A stretch of DNA of 53,050 nucleotides from a virus. Lineage: Duplodnaviria > Caudoviricetes. Positions 7,447 through 16,435 of the stretch are shown one piece after another. The notes under the pieces were generated by a model. That model did no database searches. It had not been told where the DNA came from and saw only the letters and a list, made by a program, of their open reading frames with translations. The translations under genes were made by a program, and so were the position numbers. Location: positions 1-53,050 of IMG/VR virus record IMGVR_UViG_3300005095_000123; one strand, written 5' to 3'. How positions within the stretch are numbered: the stretch's first letter is position 1; the number at the start of each line of letters is the position of its first letter.

Positions 7447-7722
7447 ATGGAGCCTGCATTTTTGTTTGTATTTACGTGTTTTGGGGCGTTTGCGGGGCAA
7501 GTTAATTTGGATCACACAAATAATGATGAGCTAGTGTTGGATAATCCGGCCATAATAATGTTACGTGTGGGTCGGTCTGAAATTTTGCCTATAGGAAAGA
7601 CCCGTCTCCATATTTCAAGGAGACAGATAATCGGACAATGCAATATGCCCGAGGACGTGGAAAAGCAGTATCGCATGGAGCTGTTGGGGCTTAAAGGAGG
7701 AGCTAATGGTCATAGGAAGTAA
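7447..7722 (+). CDS. Hypothetical protein
   Basis: AGGAGGAG RBS; first gene of the plus-strand operon; TTGCAT-16-TAAACT upstream (7389-7416). Confidence 0.65.
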   Translation: MEPAFLFVFTCFGAFAGQVNLDHTNNDELVLDNPAIIMLRVGRSEILPIGKTRLHISRRQIIGQCNMPEDVEKQYRMELLGLKGGANGHRK

Positions 7723-8230
7723 GCGCATCGAGCACCTTCTAGATATTGGCGTCTTGGTCATCAATCCCCGACCAAGGCCGGAGGCCATTCAGCCGGCCTC
7801 AGTTGACCTGCGACTCGGAGACCAGTTCCGGGTTATCTCCAAGAACGGGTCTATTATCGATCCATCTAAAGGAGCGGCATACGAAGAGGTCTCCGGGGTA
7901 TCTGAGTTCGTCCTCTATCCCCAAGAATTTTGTTTGGCCCACACCATAGAGGAGATAAAACTCCCTGTGGAGTTGATGGCCTCTCTCGAGGGGCGATCCT
8001 CTATCGGCAGGATGGGTCTATTCATTCACAACGCCGGCCACGTTGATCCCGGGTTTCACGGGCAGTTGACCCTGGAACTGTTCAACGCCGCCCCGGTTCC
8101 TATTCGCCTCTATCCCGGGATGCGTATTTGCCAGATAGTTTTTCAAGAGGTGAAGGACGCCCACTTCTATCGAGGAAAGTATCTCGGACAAAGAGGGGCG
8201 ACGCCGAGTAGGATATACAAGGACTTTTAA
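7706..8230 (+). CDS. dcd: dCTP deaminase
   Basis: IQPASVDLRL, EGRSSIGRMGL, AGHVDPGFHGQLTLE, GMRICQ, Y-GKY-GQ motifs. Confidence 0.95.
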   Translation: MVIGSKRIEHLLDIGVLVINPRPRPEAIQPASVDLRLGDQFRVISKNGSIIDPSKGAAYEEVSGVSEFVLYPQEFCLAHTIEEIKLPVELMASLEGRSSIGRMGLFIHNAGHVDPGFHGQLTLELFNAAPVPIRLYPGMRICQIVFQEVKDAHFYRGKYLGQRGATPSRIYKDF

Positions 8231-8231
8231 G

Positions 8232-8576
8232 ATGCCAAAGAGCCCTAAAGAGACCGAGTATCAAAAGCTCATAAAGACATACATGGAGACCAATGGGTTC
8301 CTTGTCCTCCGCATCCCGCCCTCTATCTACACGAACATGAAGGGACTTCCAGATCTCGTATGCATCAAGGAGGGGTTCCACGTATGGATAGAGGTCAAGA
8401 AGCCAAAGGGCAAGCTCTCGAAGAAACAGGAAGAAGTAATCTCGAAGATGCGTGAGGCAGGAGCCCTTGTCTTGATCTCCTACGGATTCAACGAGGAGGC
8501 TCTGGCAGAGGTAGTTGCCAAGGTAGATAAGATGATAAAACTTCTCCAGAAAAAACTTGAGAGAGGAAAGAAATAA
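8232..8576 (+). CDS. VRR-NUC / Holliday-junction-resolvase-like PD-(D/E)xK nuclease
   Basis: GLPDL...WIEVKKPKGKLSKKQ. Confidence 0.85.
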   Translation: MPKSPKETEYQKLIKTYMETNGFLVLRIPPSIYTNMKGLPDLVCIKEGFHVWIEVKKPKGKLSKKQEEVISKMREAGALVLISYGFNEEALAEVVAKVDKMIKLLQKKLERGKK

Positions 8577-8916
8577 GATGGTCGATACGGTCTTTGAACG
8601 GGCGACACGAAGATATTTCGAGGCGTGCGAAGTTGTTTTCTGGCCAGGTGTGGATGTAAACGTGGCTCTCCACCAAGATAAGGCCAGCGCTTATGCCGAA
8701 GTCGCCTTTATATCCGTGTTGCGTCGGCATAGGAAATTGCTTTATTACCAGGGTCTCCTTTACCGGGGTCATCCCGATGATCTCCGCCGACCGGACGACG
8801 GCCAAGCGAATGATGTCGGCAGAGGAGAGGGCGTCCTTGTCGGCCCCGGTGATGTTGGCAAGGAAGAGCCCGCCGTCCATAGTAAAATGATTAAGGAGGG
8901 TTAGGGGTATGTCCAC
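8488..8916 (-). CDS. speD: S-adenosylmethionine decarboxylase-family pyruvoyl proenzyme
   Basis: GISAGLILVESHVYIHTWPE...LEISSC with the E-S-H autocleavage site; lies antisense to the surrounding operon. Confidence 0.85.
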   Translation of the reverse strand: MDIPLTLLNHFTMDGGLFLANITGADKDALSSADIIRLAVVRSAEIIGMTPVKETLVIKQFPMPTQHGYKGDFGISAGLILVESHVYIHTWPENNFARLEISSCRPFKDRIDHLISFLSQVFSGEVLSSYLPWQLPLPEPPR

Positions 8917-9367
8917 TTTTTTTCAGAACCTACGGCACTTTTCGCCTCATGAAAGATGGGGCGACCCGAACAAGATGGATCATTTGCTCCTACTCGTCCT
9001 AGATGAATTGAGGGAGCAGTATGGATCTCCTTTTATAATCCACGAAGGTTATGCCACGTCGGGCCACACGCCCAGGTCTCTCCACTACGTAGGGAAGGCC
9101 GTGGACTTCCATCCCAATGATGATCGGTCCCCGGAGGAGCGCCTCTATCAAATGGCCGAGGCCCTATGGCGGGCGAACCAACGGTTCATTGAGGCCGGGA
9201 TAGACCTGGGGGTTATTTGCCGGTTGGGTTGGTATCCAGAGTGGGTCAATCCAGGGTTTCATTTGGACGTGGCCGGACGACCCCTCTATTGGGTCCGCCG
9301 TGGGGATCATTATTACTACTACGGTATGCTGGAGAAGTTGATCTATGCCGAAGCTGAGCGTGTGTGA
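8909..9367 (+). CDS. Endolysin, peptidase M15 family
   Basis: SLHYVGKAVDF and FHLDV zinc-ligand motifs; AAGGAGG RBS. Confidence 0.85.
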   Translation: MSTFFQNLRHFSPHERWGDPNKMDHLLLLVLDELREQYGSPFIIHEGYATSGHTPRSLHYVGKAVDFHPNDDRSPEERLYQMAEALWRANQRFIEAGIDLGVICRLGWYPEWVNPGFHLDVAGRPLYWVRRGDHYYYYGMLEKLIYAEAERV

Positions 9368-9698
9368 TATTTGGGATTTTCCCGCCGAGTTCGAGGGGGC
9401 GGTGATCGTCCACGAGAAGCAACGGGCGATCGCCTCTATTCCGGCCAAGTTTTATCGCAAGGGGCCTACGCTCCGCATTGTCCTCGAGAAGGACTGGGAA
9501 GGAAAATTCGGGAAGGAGAAGCTCTATCTCGGTATTAAATACCATGACGGTTTCCGCCCGTTTTTTATCCATCTCCTCGGGCGACCAGGAGACCGTCTGT
9601 TGTTGAAAAAGGATTTTGCGATAGTCACGGCCTCGGACGAGGCCGGAGTAAACCTATTAGATATAAAGGAGGGCACGGGAGATGAACGGAAGACTTAA
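9345..9698 (+). CDS. Hypothetical protein
   Basis: 117-aa ORF overlapping both neighbours. Confidence 0.6.
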   Translation: MPKLSVCDIWDFPAEFEGAVIVHEKQRAIASIPAKFYRKGPTLRIVLEKDWEGKFGKEKLYLGIKYHDGFRPFFIHLLGRPGDRLLLKKDFAIVTASDEAGVNLLDIKEGTGDERKT

Positions 9699-10341
9699 AA
9701 TCTTGACCAGTCTGCACTTTCAGGTCCAAAAGAACCGCATTCGCTTCAACAACGCATCAAAGGCGTTGGAGCGGGAAGGGCTCGGAGACGAGCGTGTGAG
9801 GGAGATTTATGAGGCGATCATTGACGACCTTCTACGGGCCGAGCGTGAAATTCAAGAAGAGATGATGATAGAGCTCAATGAAGAGGAGATCTATACCGAG
9901 TGGCTCAAGAAGGTTAAGGGTGTCGGACCCGTGATGGCGGCTTGGCTGGTAGGCTGGCTCGACCCGGAGAAGGCCGACACCGTGTCGGCCTTTTGGAAGT
10001 ATTGTGGCCTGCACGTGGAGGACGGACAGGCCCCCCGCCCCCGCAAGGGACAAAAGATAAACTGGAACCCGAAGCTCAAGGCCAAGTTGATGGGAGTGTT
10101 GGCGCCGTCATTCCTGCGGTCGAAATCTCCCTACGCCGACTTCTACTATCAATACAAGGAGAGGAAATTAAACCTGGGATGGAAGGAGGGTCATGCGCAT
10201 TTTGCGGCCCTTCGTTACATGGTAAAACAGTTCCTCAAGGATTTGTGGGTTACGTGGCGGGAGATGCTCGGTCTTCCCGTGCGCCCGCCCTACCACGTGG
10301 AGAAGCTCGGCTTGCACGATCACGCCCCGAAAGTGGCATGA
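9682..10341 (+). CDS. Nop/IS110-like RNA-binding-domain protein lacking a nuclease domain (TasA-like)
   Basis: Coiled coil followed by WLKKVKGVGPVMAAWLV...SAFWKYCGL...NWNPKLK...HAHFAALRYMVKQFL, resembling the IS110/IS116 C-terminal and Nop fold; no RuvC/DEDD or HNH domain; AAGGAGG RBS. Confidence 0.8.
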   Translation: MNGRLKILTSLHFQVQKNRIRFNNASKALEREGLGDERVREIYEAIIDDLLRAEREIQEEMMIELNEEEIYTEWLKKVKGVGPVMAAWLVGWLDPEKADTVSAFWKYCGLHVEDGQAPRPRKGQKINWNPKLKAKLMGVLAPSFLRSKSPYADFYYQYKERKLNLGWKEGHAHFAALRYMVKQFLKDLWVTWREMLGLPVRPPYHVEKLGLHDHAPKVA

Positions 10342-10382
10342 TCGTTGCAACAAAATAATAAAAGTAAAAGGAGGATCGTAGT

Positions 10383-10634
10383 ATGGCTGATGTATTGGAA
10401 CAGAAAAAGGAAGAAACTATTGTAAAGAAGGAAACCAAACCCGGATGGAAGACAACTGAATTTTGGACCAGCCTCGGGGCTTCCGGCGTCGGGATTTTGA
10501 CGACCCTGGGTGTGTTGACTCCCGAGCAGGCCAACACCGTTGTTCAAGCCATCGGGCAGATCGTCGGAGGGATTTTGGCCGTGGCCCCGATCGTCGGCTA
10601 CGCCATTTCCCGGGGACTGGCCAAGAAGGTGTGA
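10383..10634 (+). CDS. Holin-like membrane protein
   Basis: KPGWKTTEFW followed by two hydrophobic helices and a basic C-terminus; near the endolysin. Confidence 0.7.
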   Translation: MADVLEQKKEETIVKKETKPGWKTTEFWTSLGASGVGILTTLGVLTPEQANTVVQAIGQIVGGILAVAPIVGYAISRGLAKKV

Positions 10635-10670
10635 TGGATTTCCAAACGTTTGGAAAAACCGGAGTGAAAA

Positions 10671-10973
10671 ATGCTTAGATTGTCGGCCCGCTGTATCGAA
10701 GTCCTTACGAAGTTCCGCAAGGCACCTGATTATTTCTACGTCCTGGTTCTCCTCTACAAGAGCATGGACAAGGACGGATCGGTGCCATGCACGGCCAGGG
10801 ACGGCCAGCGGGCCTACGACGAGATAGTCAAGCAGTTAATAACCTTGGGGATTTTGATAAAGCATCGGGGCAGGTGTTACTTCAATCCCCAGTATGTAAG
10901 TGTGGCGAGGAACGGAGCCGATGGCACGTCAACGGGAGCTAGTAGAGCTATCTATCGCATACCCACCGTTTGA
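10671..10973 (+). CDS. Hypothetical protein, possibly winged-helix
   Basis: IVKQLITLGILIKHRGRCYFNP resembles a wHTH wing. Confidence 0.5.
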   Translation: MLRLSARCIEVLTKFRKAPDYFYVLVLLYKSMDKDGSVPCTARDGQRAYDEIVKQLITLGILIKHRGRCYFNPQYVSVARNGADGTSTGASRAIYRIPTV

Positions 10974-11235
10974 GACGTTTCTGCCGGCCCCCCGTATAAT
11001 CCTGGCGGCCCCGGTCCACGTCTCCAACGTTTCGGATCTACTCCGTTATTTTGAGAAGCTGGGGATAACGGCCCGCTACGACACGCAACGCCGGGCCATC
11101 GTCTTTTGGGAGAACGGCCAGGAGAAGACCGCCTTCGTCGGCAAGCACTATATCGTCCTCATAGACGGCCAGGTTGACGTAATGCGGAAGGAGACTTTCA
11201 ACCGGAAGTTTATTCCGGTAAAGTGCCTGGTATGA
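10921..11235 (+). CDS. Hypothetical protein
   Basis: ATG 10921 after GGAG; ATGA overlap with TerL. Confidence 0.55.
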   Translation: MARQRELVELSIAYPPFETFLPAPRIILAAPVHVSNVSDLLRYFEKLGITARYDTQRRAIVFWENGQEKTAFVGKHYIVLIDGQVDVMRKETFNRKFIPVKCLV

Positions 11236-13130
11236 GAATCCTTCGTTATTCTTTCCGTTCAGTTCCGACAATCAAGCGTTTTGTTCTTTCTCGCAAAAAG
11301 TATAAGTATCTACAAGGACCGGTAGGATGCCTCCCCGGCGATGCCGAATTTTTAACCCCTACTGGATGGAAGCGTATAGATTCTTATGAGGACGGAGACT
11401 TTGTAGCTCAAGTGGATTGGGAAAATAACAAAGTTTCTTTTGTAAAACCGACCGCCTATATTTCTGCGCCGGCAGATAAATGGATCGTTTTTGATCGGGG
11501 AGATTTTGTTATGAAGGTCTCCCCGGAACATAGAGTTGCTTTTCTTGACGAGAACGAAAAGCTATTCGTTATTCCCGCCCGTGATTTTTTGCTGTTCGAC
11601 GGCCTGTTGTCTCTTATTTTTCTAATTAACAGGGAGGAATACGGGATAGAGTTTTTTGTTCCGAAGTTCGTTCTCGGTAGCGTGTATAAAGTAAAAATAT
11701 TTGAAGAGGAACCTAAAGACCGGGAGAAAAAATATTGCTTTGAAGTTCCTACTTCTTTATTCCTCGTGCGCCAGAACGGAAAGGTTTTTGTAACAGGAAA
11801 TTCAGGGAAGTCTAGTGGCTGTGTTTTCCATCTTTTCTACTATGCTATGCAACAACCGCCTAACGTTAATGGAGTTAGACGCACACGTTACGTCATCGTT
11901 CGTAATACCTATCGCCAGTTGCAAGACACGACAAAGGTGACCATAGACGAGTGGCTCGACCCGTCTATCGCCAAGTGGAAAGAAATGAAGTCCCTTTATG
12001 AGATCAAGTTCGCCCTCAAAGACGGTACAACGGTCGAGTCCACCTGGCTCCTACGGGCCTTGGACAATCCCGATCACGTTCGGAACCTTTTGTCCTTGGA
12101 AGTGACGGGGGCCTGGTTCAACGAGGCCCGGGAGATACACCAAGACATCTTCGAGGTTATGCGGACGAGGATAGGGCGCTTCCCGCCGGCCAAGGACGGA
12201 GGCCCCGACTATCCTTTTATTATTCTTGACTCCAACCCGCCGGACACGGACCATTGGCTCTACAAGCTCTTCGAGGAAGCGCCGAAGAAGGACCCGAAGG
12301 TGGCCGAGCTGTTCGAGGCGTTCTATCAACCGTCCGGTCTATCACCGGAAGCCGAGAACATAGAGAACCTTCCTCCCCGATACTACGAGGAGTTGTGCAT
12401 CGGGCAGGACGAAGACTGGATTCGTGTTTACGTCCACGGTGAATACGGCTTCCTCAAAGAGGGGAAGCCCGTATTCTCTGCCTATCGGGACAAGCTCCAC
12501 CTGGCGGACGAGGAGCTCATGCCCATTAGGGGATACCCTCTTATAATCGGAATGGACTTCGGCCTTACGCCCGCCACCGTGATAACACAGAAAATAAAGA
12601 ACCGCCTATACGTCCTCGACGAGGAATATACGCTCGAGCCGACGGATCTCGAGACCTTCGTCAACGAGCAATTGATTCCTCGCCTAACGGAGCGGAAGTA
12701 TTTGGGGATGGACACGATAATCATAGGCGACCCGGCGGGGACTACCCGTTCCCCTACGGACGGACGGACGTGCGTGGCCGTGCTAAGGCAGTATTTCCCT
12801 CGGGTTTATGTCGCCTGGACGAACGCCATCAACGAGCGGATAAGGGCCGTTAACGAATATCTCACTCGGATGGACGGAGACGAGCCGTGCTTCAAATTGT
12901 CTCCTACGTGCAAGTGGCTCCGACAGGCGTTGAATGGTAAATACTATTTTCAAAGGAAGCGGGGATCGAAGGGCGTTTACAGCGACGTTCCGGTGAAAAA
13001 CGAATATTCGCACGTCGCCGACGCCCTACAGTATGCGGCAATGGGTTATCGGCCCAGCTACAATATGGTAAAGAGACCGGAAACAGCTCCTGGCGGAGGT
13101 AAGCGAGTTGGCTTCGACGCATTCGTATGA
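11232..13130 (+). CDS. terL: Terminase large subunit, intein-containing
   Basis: Walker A GPVG/SGKS split by an intein; AWFNEARE; DSNPP; nuclease motifs IIGMDFG and HVADALQY. Confidence 0.93.
   Translation: MRILRYSFRSVPTIKRFVLSRKKYKYLQGPVGCLPGDAEFLTPTGWKRIDSYEDGDFVAQVDWENNKVSFVKPTAYISAPADKWIVFDRGDFVMKVSPEHRVAFLDENEKLFVIPARDFLLFDGLLSLIFLINREEYGIEFFVPKFVLGSVYKVKIFEEEPKDREKKYCFEVPTSLFLVRQNGKVFVTGNSGKSSGCVFHLFYYAMQQPPNVNGVRRTRYVIVRNTYRQLQDTTKVTIDEWLDPSIAKWKEMKSLYEIKFALKDGTTVESTWLLRALDNPDHVRNLLSLEVTGAWFNEAREIHQDIFEVMRTRIGRFPPAKDGGPDYPFIILDSNPPDTDHWLYKLFEEAPKKDPKVAELFEAFYQPSGLSPEAENIENLPPRYYEELCIGQDEDWIRVYVHGEYGFLKEGKPVFSAYRDKLHLADEELMPIRGYPLIIGMDFGLTPATVITQKIKNRLYVLDEEYTLEPTDLETFVNEQLIPRLTERKYLGMDTIIIGDPAGTTRSPTDGRTCVAVLRQYFPRVYVAWTNAINERIRAVNEYLTRMDGDEPCFKLSPTCKWLRQALNGKYYFQRKRGSKGVYSDVPVKNEYSHVADALQYAAMGYRPSYNMVKRPETAPGGGKRVGFDAFV
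11328..11801 (+). mobile_element. Mini-intein (158 aa) in the TerL Walker A loop
   Basis: Starts CLPGDAEFLTPTGW; block B SPEH; ends FLVRQNGKVFVTGN before a Ser nucleophile; no LAGLIDADG domain; AT-rich. Confidence 0.92.
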
Positions 13131-15126
13131 AGAGACCCGGGAGGAAATAAGGCAAGAGCAGGAATACGAAGAGCGGATAAGGGTCCTCCATCCGCTCGTG
13201 GAATTTATCAACGACGCCTTTACGAAGGCCCGGGACGCAAAGCGGCCCATCGAAGAGCGGATGCTCGAGTGCCTGCGGGCCTTCAAGATGCAGTATTCCG
13301 AGGAAAAGCTCGCCGCCATTAGGGAGATCGGCGGCTCCGAGGTCTATCTTCCGCTTACCAATGTAAAGGCCCGAGCGCTTAAAGCTTGGCTTAACGACGT
13401 TTTCTTCCGGCCCGGGGAACCGCCTTTCGACATTGAACCATCCCCCGTCCCTACTCCAACAGAGGCCACCGAGGAGAAAATAGGTCAAGGGCTCCAGGAA
13501 GATTATTCCGAGATAATGCAAAAGGTGGCCGAGCTCCAGATGCTCTCCGGCGGACAGATAGACGTTTCCGCCATTTTGGAAAAGATGGAGGGCATCTCCT
13601 TTACGGACGAGTATATGCGCCGAGTGGAGGAGAGGGTAAAGGAGCTCGCCGAGCAGGAGAAGAAGAGGATAGACGACCAGTTCACCGAGGGAGGGTTTTA
13701 CGAAGCCCTGGACCACGCCCTCTTAGACATCGCTATTTTTCCATGCGCCATCATAAAGGGTTCGGTCCCTCGGAAGAAAAAGATCTTCGACAAGAAGAAG
13801 CAGGTCGTCGAAAAGGTCATTCCTACCTTTAACAGGGTTTCTCCCTTCGATATTTACCCCTCGCCAACGGCCACGGATTTTTCAGATTACGTCATAGAGA
13901 TCCTCCATCTCACTCCGGCGGACCTGGCCTCCCTGCGAGGCGTTGACGGCTACAACGACCAGGCCATCAAGAACATTCTCGAGCGCTACGGCGACGACGG
14001 TTACGAGATCCCCGACACGATGGGGACTTCCCGTTGGGATCTCGAAGGAAAGAAGAGAACGGACGCCCCTCTTATTGATGTTATCGAGTTCTGGGGAGAG
14101 GTCCCGGGACGTATTCTCGACGACGTTGAACTTGTTACCCTCGACCGGACCGAGGTGGAGATAGAGCCTGACGAGTATTATTCCGTTCAGGTTCTTATAG
14201 TTGACGACGAGATCCTCAAGTGTGTCTTAAATCCCGATCCTTTCGGGGAAAAGCCATACGCCAAGGCTAGTTTCGTCACCATCCCCGATTCTTTTTGGGG
14301 TCAATCCCTGGCCGAGGTTCTCCTTGATCTGCAAGAGGCCATAAACGCCCTGGCCCGGGCAACGATAAACAATGCAGTCCTATCCTCCGGCCCGATGGTC
14401 GAGAGGAACATAGACCGTATTCCTCAGTCCGAGGAGAAGGCCATCCTTCCTTGGAAAATCTTTGATGCCACGACGCTCGGCTTCAACGAGGCCCCTGCTT
14501 ATCGGTTCTATCAGCCTCGGCTTACATCTGCGGCCTTGGTCCAGGTAATCGCTTACTTCTTGAAGTTGGCCGACGAGCTCTCCGGCGTTCCGGCCTATGC
14601 TCACTCGGACGTGACGAGCGGGGCCGCCGCCCGGACCGCCGCCGGCCTACAAATGTTGATGCAGTCGTCAAGTAAAGGTTTGAAGCAGGTGGTAAAGGCG
14701 ATAGACGAGGGGATCATAGCGCCCATCGTTCGCCGGCAGTATTACATGAACGTCATAGATTTCTACGGTGTGGGCGAGGAAGTGCCGGACCTCAATATCC
14801 GGCCCAAGGGAACCGAGTATCTGCTCGAAAGAGAGGCGCAGACCCAGCGCCTACTCGAGCTCCTGAATCTCACCAATAATCCGACGGATCTCCAGCTCCT
14901 CGGCCAGGAAGGCCGTAAGATGCTCCTCGAACGGATCTTCAAGAACTTCGGCGTGGAGATTCCGTTCGACACGCAAATGAAGGAGATGGTGGACGAGCTT
15001 ACGGCTCAATTGTCTCGGATGCAGGCGGCGCAGACGCCGAAACCGGCCCAGAACATCGAGACGGTCCCCGGTATGGCTGGACAAATGAGGGCCGAGTCCC
15101 TACAAATGAGTGGGTTCAAGAAATGA
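13108..15126 (+). CDS. Portal protein
   Basis: 672 aa directly after TerL; RVSPFDIYP, WGQSLAEVL, RTAAGLQML motifs typical of podovirus-type portals. Confidence 0.85.
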   Translation: MASTHSYEETREEIRQEQEYEERIRVLHPLVEFINDAFTKARDAKRPIEERMLECLRAFKMQYSEEKLAAIREIGGSEVYLPLTNVKARALKAWLNDVFFRPGEPPFDIEPSPVPTPTEATEEKIGQGLQEDYSEIMQKVAELQMLSGGQIDVSAILEKMEGISFTDEYMRRVEERVKELAEQEKKRIDDQFTEGGFYEALDHALLDIAIFPCAIIKGSVPRKKKIFDKKKQVVEKVIPTFNRVSPFDIYPSPTATDFSDYVIEILHLTPADLASLRGVDGYNDQAIKNILERYGDDGYEIPDTMGTSRWDLEGKKRTDAPLIDVIEFWGEVPGRILDDVELVTLDRTEVEIEPDEYYSVQVLIVDDEILKCVLNPDPFGEKPYAKASFVTIPDSFWGQSLAEVLLDLQEAINALARATINNAVLSSGPMVERNIDRIPQSEEKAILPWKIFDATTLGFNEAPAYRFYQPRLTSAALVQVIAYFLKLADELSGVPAYAHSDVTSGAAARTAAGLQMLMQSSSKGLKQVVKAIDEGIIAPIVRRQYYMNVIDFYGVGEEVPDLNIRPKGTEYLLEREAQTQRLLELLNLTNNPTDLQLLGQEGRKMLLERIFKNFGVEIPFDTQMKEMVDELTAQLSRMQAAQTPKPAQNIETVPGMAGQMRAESLQMSGFKK

Positions 15127-15317
15127 GAAAAATTTTGAAGAGTCTAAGAATCGGATCTCCCGAAGTGTTTGAACGCTTCGTAGAGGAATTGGAGGCGGAG
15201 AAGGCAAGGCTTCTATCTTCTCTTCTTACTTGCAAGGATTTTTCGGAGATTCGTTTTTTGCAGGGGCGCTTATTCTCGTTAAACAAAATCTTGGAGGAAG
15301 CAAAAAATGATTCATGA
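15123..15317 (+). CDS. Hypothetical protein
   Basis: Small ORF after the portal (IRFLQGR), ATGA overlap. Confidence 0.65.
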   Translation: MRKILKSLRIGSPEVFERFVEELEAEKARLLSSLLTCKDFSEIRFLQGRLFSLNKILEEAKNDS

Positions 15318-15639
15318 AGAGTGCGCCCTTCACTCCTACTTGGAGCGCCAGATAGAGGAAAACAAAAAGAGACTTATCGAACTCGAGGCCGCTATTCATT
15401 CGGAGCTTGCCGCCCTACGGAGGGCCATAGACGAAGGCCACCGTGAACTTTGTCGGGAGATCTCCGAGCTGAAAGAGGCGGTAGCACAATTGAACGTTTC
15501 GGAGCATTCCAAACGTTTGGAAAAACTGGAGGAGAGAATTCTTGAAAAGGTGGGGCGGAAGGAGATCGCCCTTATCTTCACGGCTATTTCGTTTTTTCTC
15601 AGTCTGGTTTATCTCATAATTAGGTTGGTCGGGAGATGA
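15307..15639 (+). CDS. Coiled-coil protein with a C-terminal transmembrane helix
   Basis: Heptad-rich N-terminus; IALIFTAISFFLSLVYLII. Confidence 0.7.
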   Translation: MIHEECALHSYLERQIEENKKRLIELEAAIHSELAALRRAIDEGHRELCREISELKEAVAQLNVSEHSKRLEKLEERILEKVGRKEIALIFTAISFFLSLVYLIIRLVGR

Positions 15640-15980
15640 CGAGGGACTTTTTCGCCGGCGACACGGTAAAGATTCGGATTTATTTGAAGGACAAGAACGG
15701 GAACCCGATCTCCGTGGACGGGTTCGAGTTCGTTGTTACCATGAAGAAGAGGCCGACGGACCCGGACGAGGAGGCCGTAATCCAAAAGATAATCAACGCC
15801 ACGGACAACCCGGACGACCCGCAGGGGTTTACGGAGATAGTCCTTGAGGCTTACGAGACTCGACTCATTCCGGCAGGTGAGTATTTCTACGACGTGCAGA
15901 TGAAGTCGGACACCGGCGACGTAAAGACGATCCTCTATGGAAGGGTCCGGGTAAAGCAAGACGTGACGCATAGGACGTAG
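15636..15980 (+). CDS. Virion structural protein (BppU N-terminal-like Ig fold)
   Basis: AGDT...G-YFYDVQM...TILYGRVRV pattern. Confidence 0.6.
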   Translation: MTRDFFAGDTVKIRIYLKDKNGNPISVDGFEFVVTMKKRPTDPDEEAVIQKIINATDNPDDPQGFTEIVLEAYETRLIPAGEYFYDVQMKSDTGDVKTILYGRVRVKQDVTHRT

Positions 15981-15982
15981 AG

Positions 15983-16423
15983 ATGGATTGTTTTCCTTTA
16001 CCGGAAGCCGAGTATTTGATCGTGTGTATCGAAGAGCCGGTCATCGAGGTGACCGTGGATACCTTATGCGTGGCCGGCACGGAGGGCGGATTGGCGAGCA
16101 AGCTTCAAACCGAAATTCGGGCCGCAGATCTTCCTGTCGGGACGACCCCGATCATCGTCGGAGCACTTCCTACGGACGGGACGGTTCTTTCTGTTTTTGT
16201 TGATATTCTCGAGCCGTTCCCGGAAGGGACGACGATGACGATAGGGACGGACGCCGACCCGGCTATGTTTGTCTCCTCCGACCTGGTGGCGATGTCGGTT
16301 CCGGGAACCTATGAGATAAATCTCGACAAGGAATACGAGGGTTCGCCGATCACGAAGATTTTTGTGAGCCTGCCCACGGCCTCTACCCAGGGGAAGGCCC
16401 TGGTTTCGATAATCCTTATGTAG
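15983..16423 (+). CDS. Putative virion structural protein
   Basis: Beta-rich ORF in the structural operon; resembles the C-terminal part of 16436-17260. Confidence 0.55.
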   Translation: MDCFPLPEAEYLIVCIEEPVIEVTVDTLCVAGTEGGLASKLQTEIRAADLPVGTTPIIVGALPTDGTVLSVFVDILEPFPEGTTMTIGTDADPAMFVSSDLVAMSVPGTYEINLDKEYEGSPITKIFVSLPTASTQGKALVSIILM

Positions 16424-16435
16424 GAGGAAAGCGTT

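Noticed and set aside
8557-8904. Plus-strand 115-aa ORF that would keep the operon co-directional
   Set aside because: It is the antisense shadow of the AdoMetDC gene, which has unmistakable family motifs
9682-10341. Active IS110 transposon
   Set aside because: No N-terminal DEDD/RuvC domain, no non-coding IS ends, and tight coupling to phage genes
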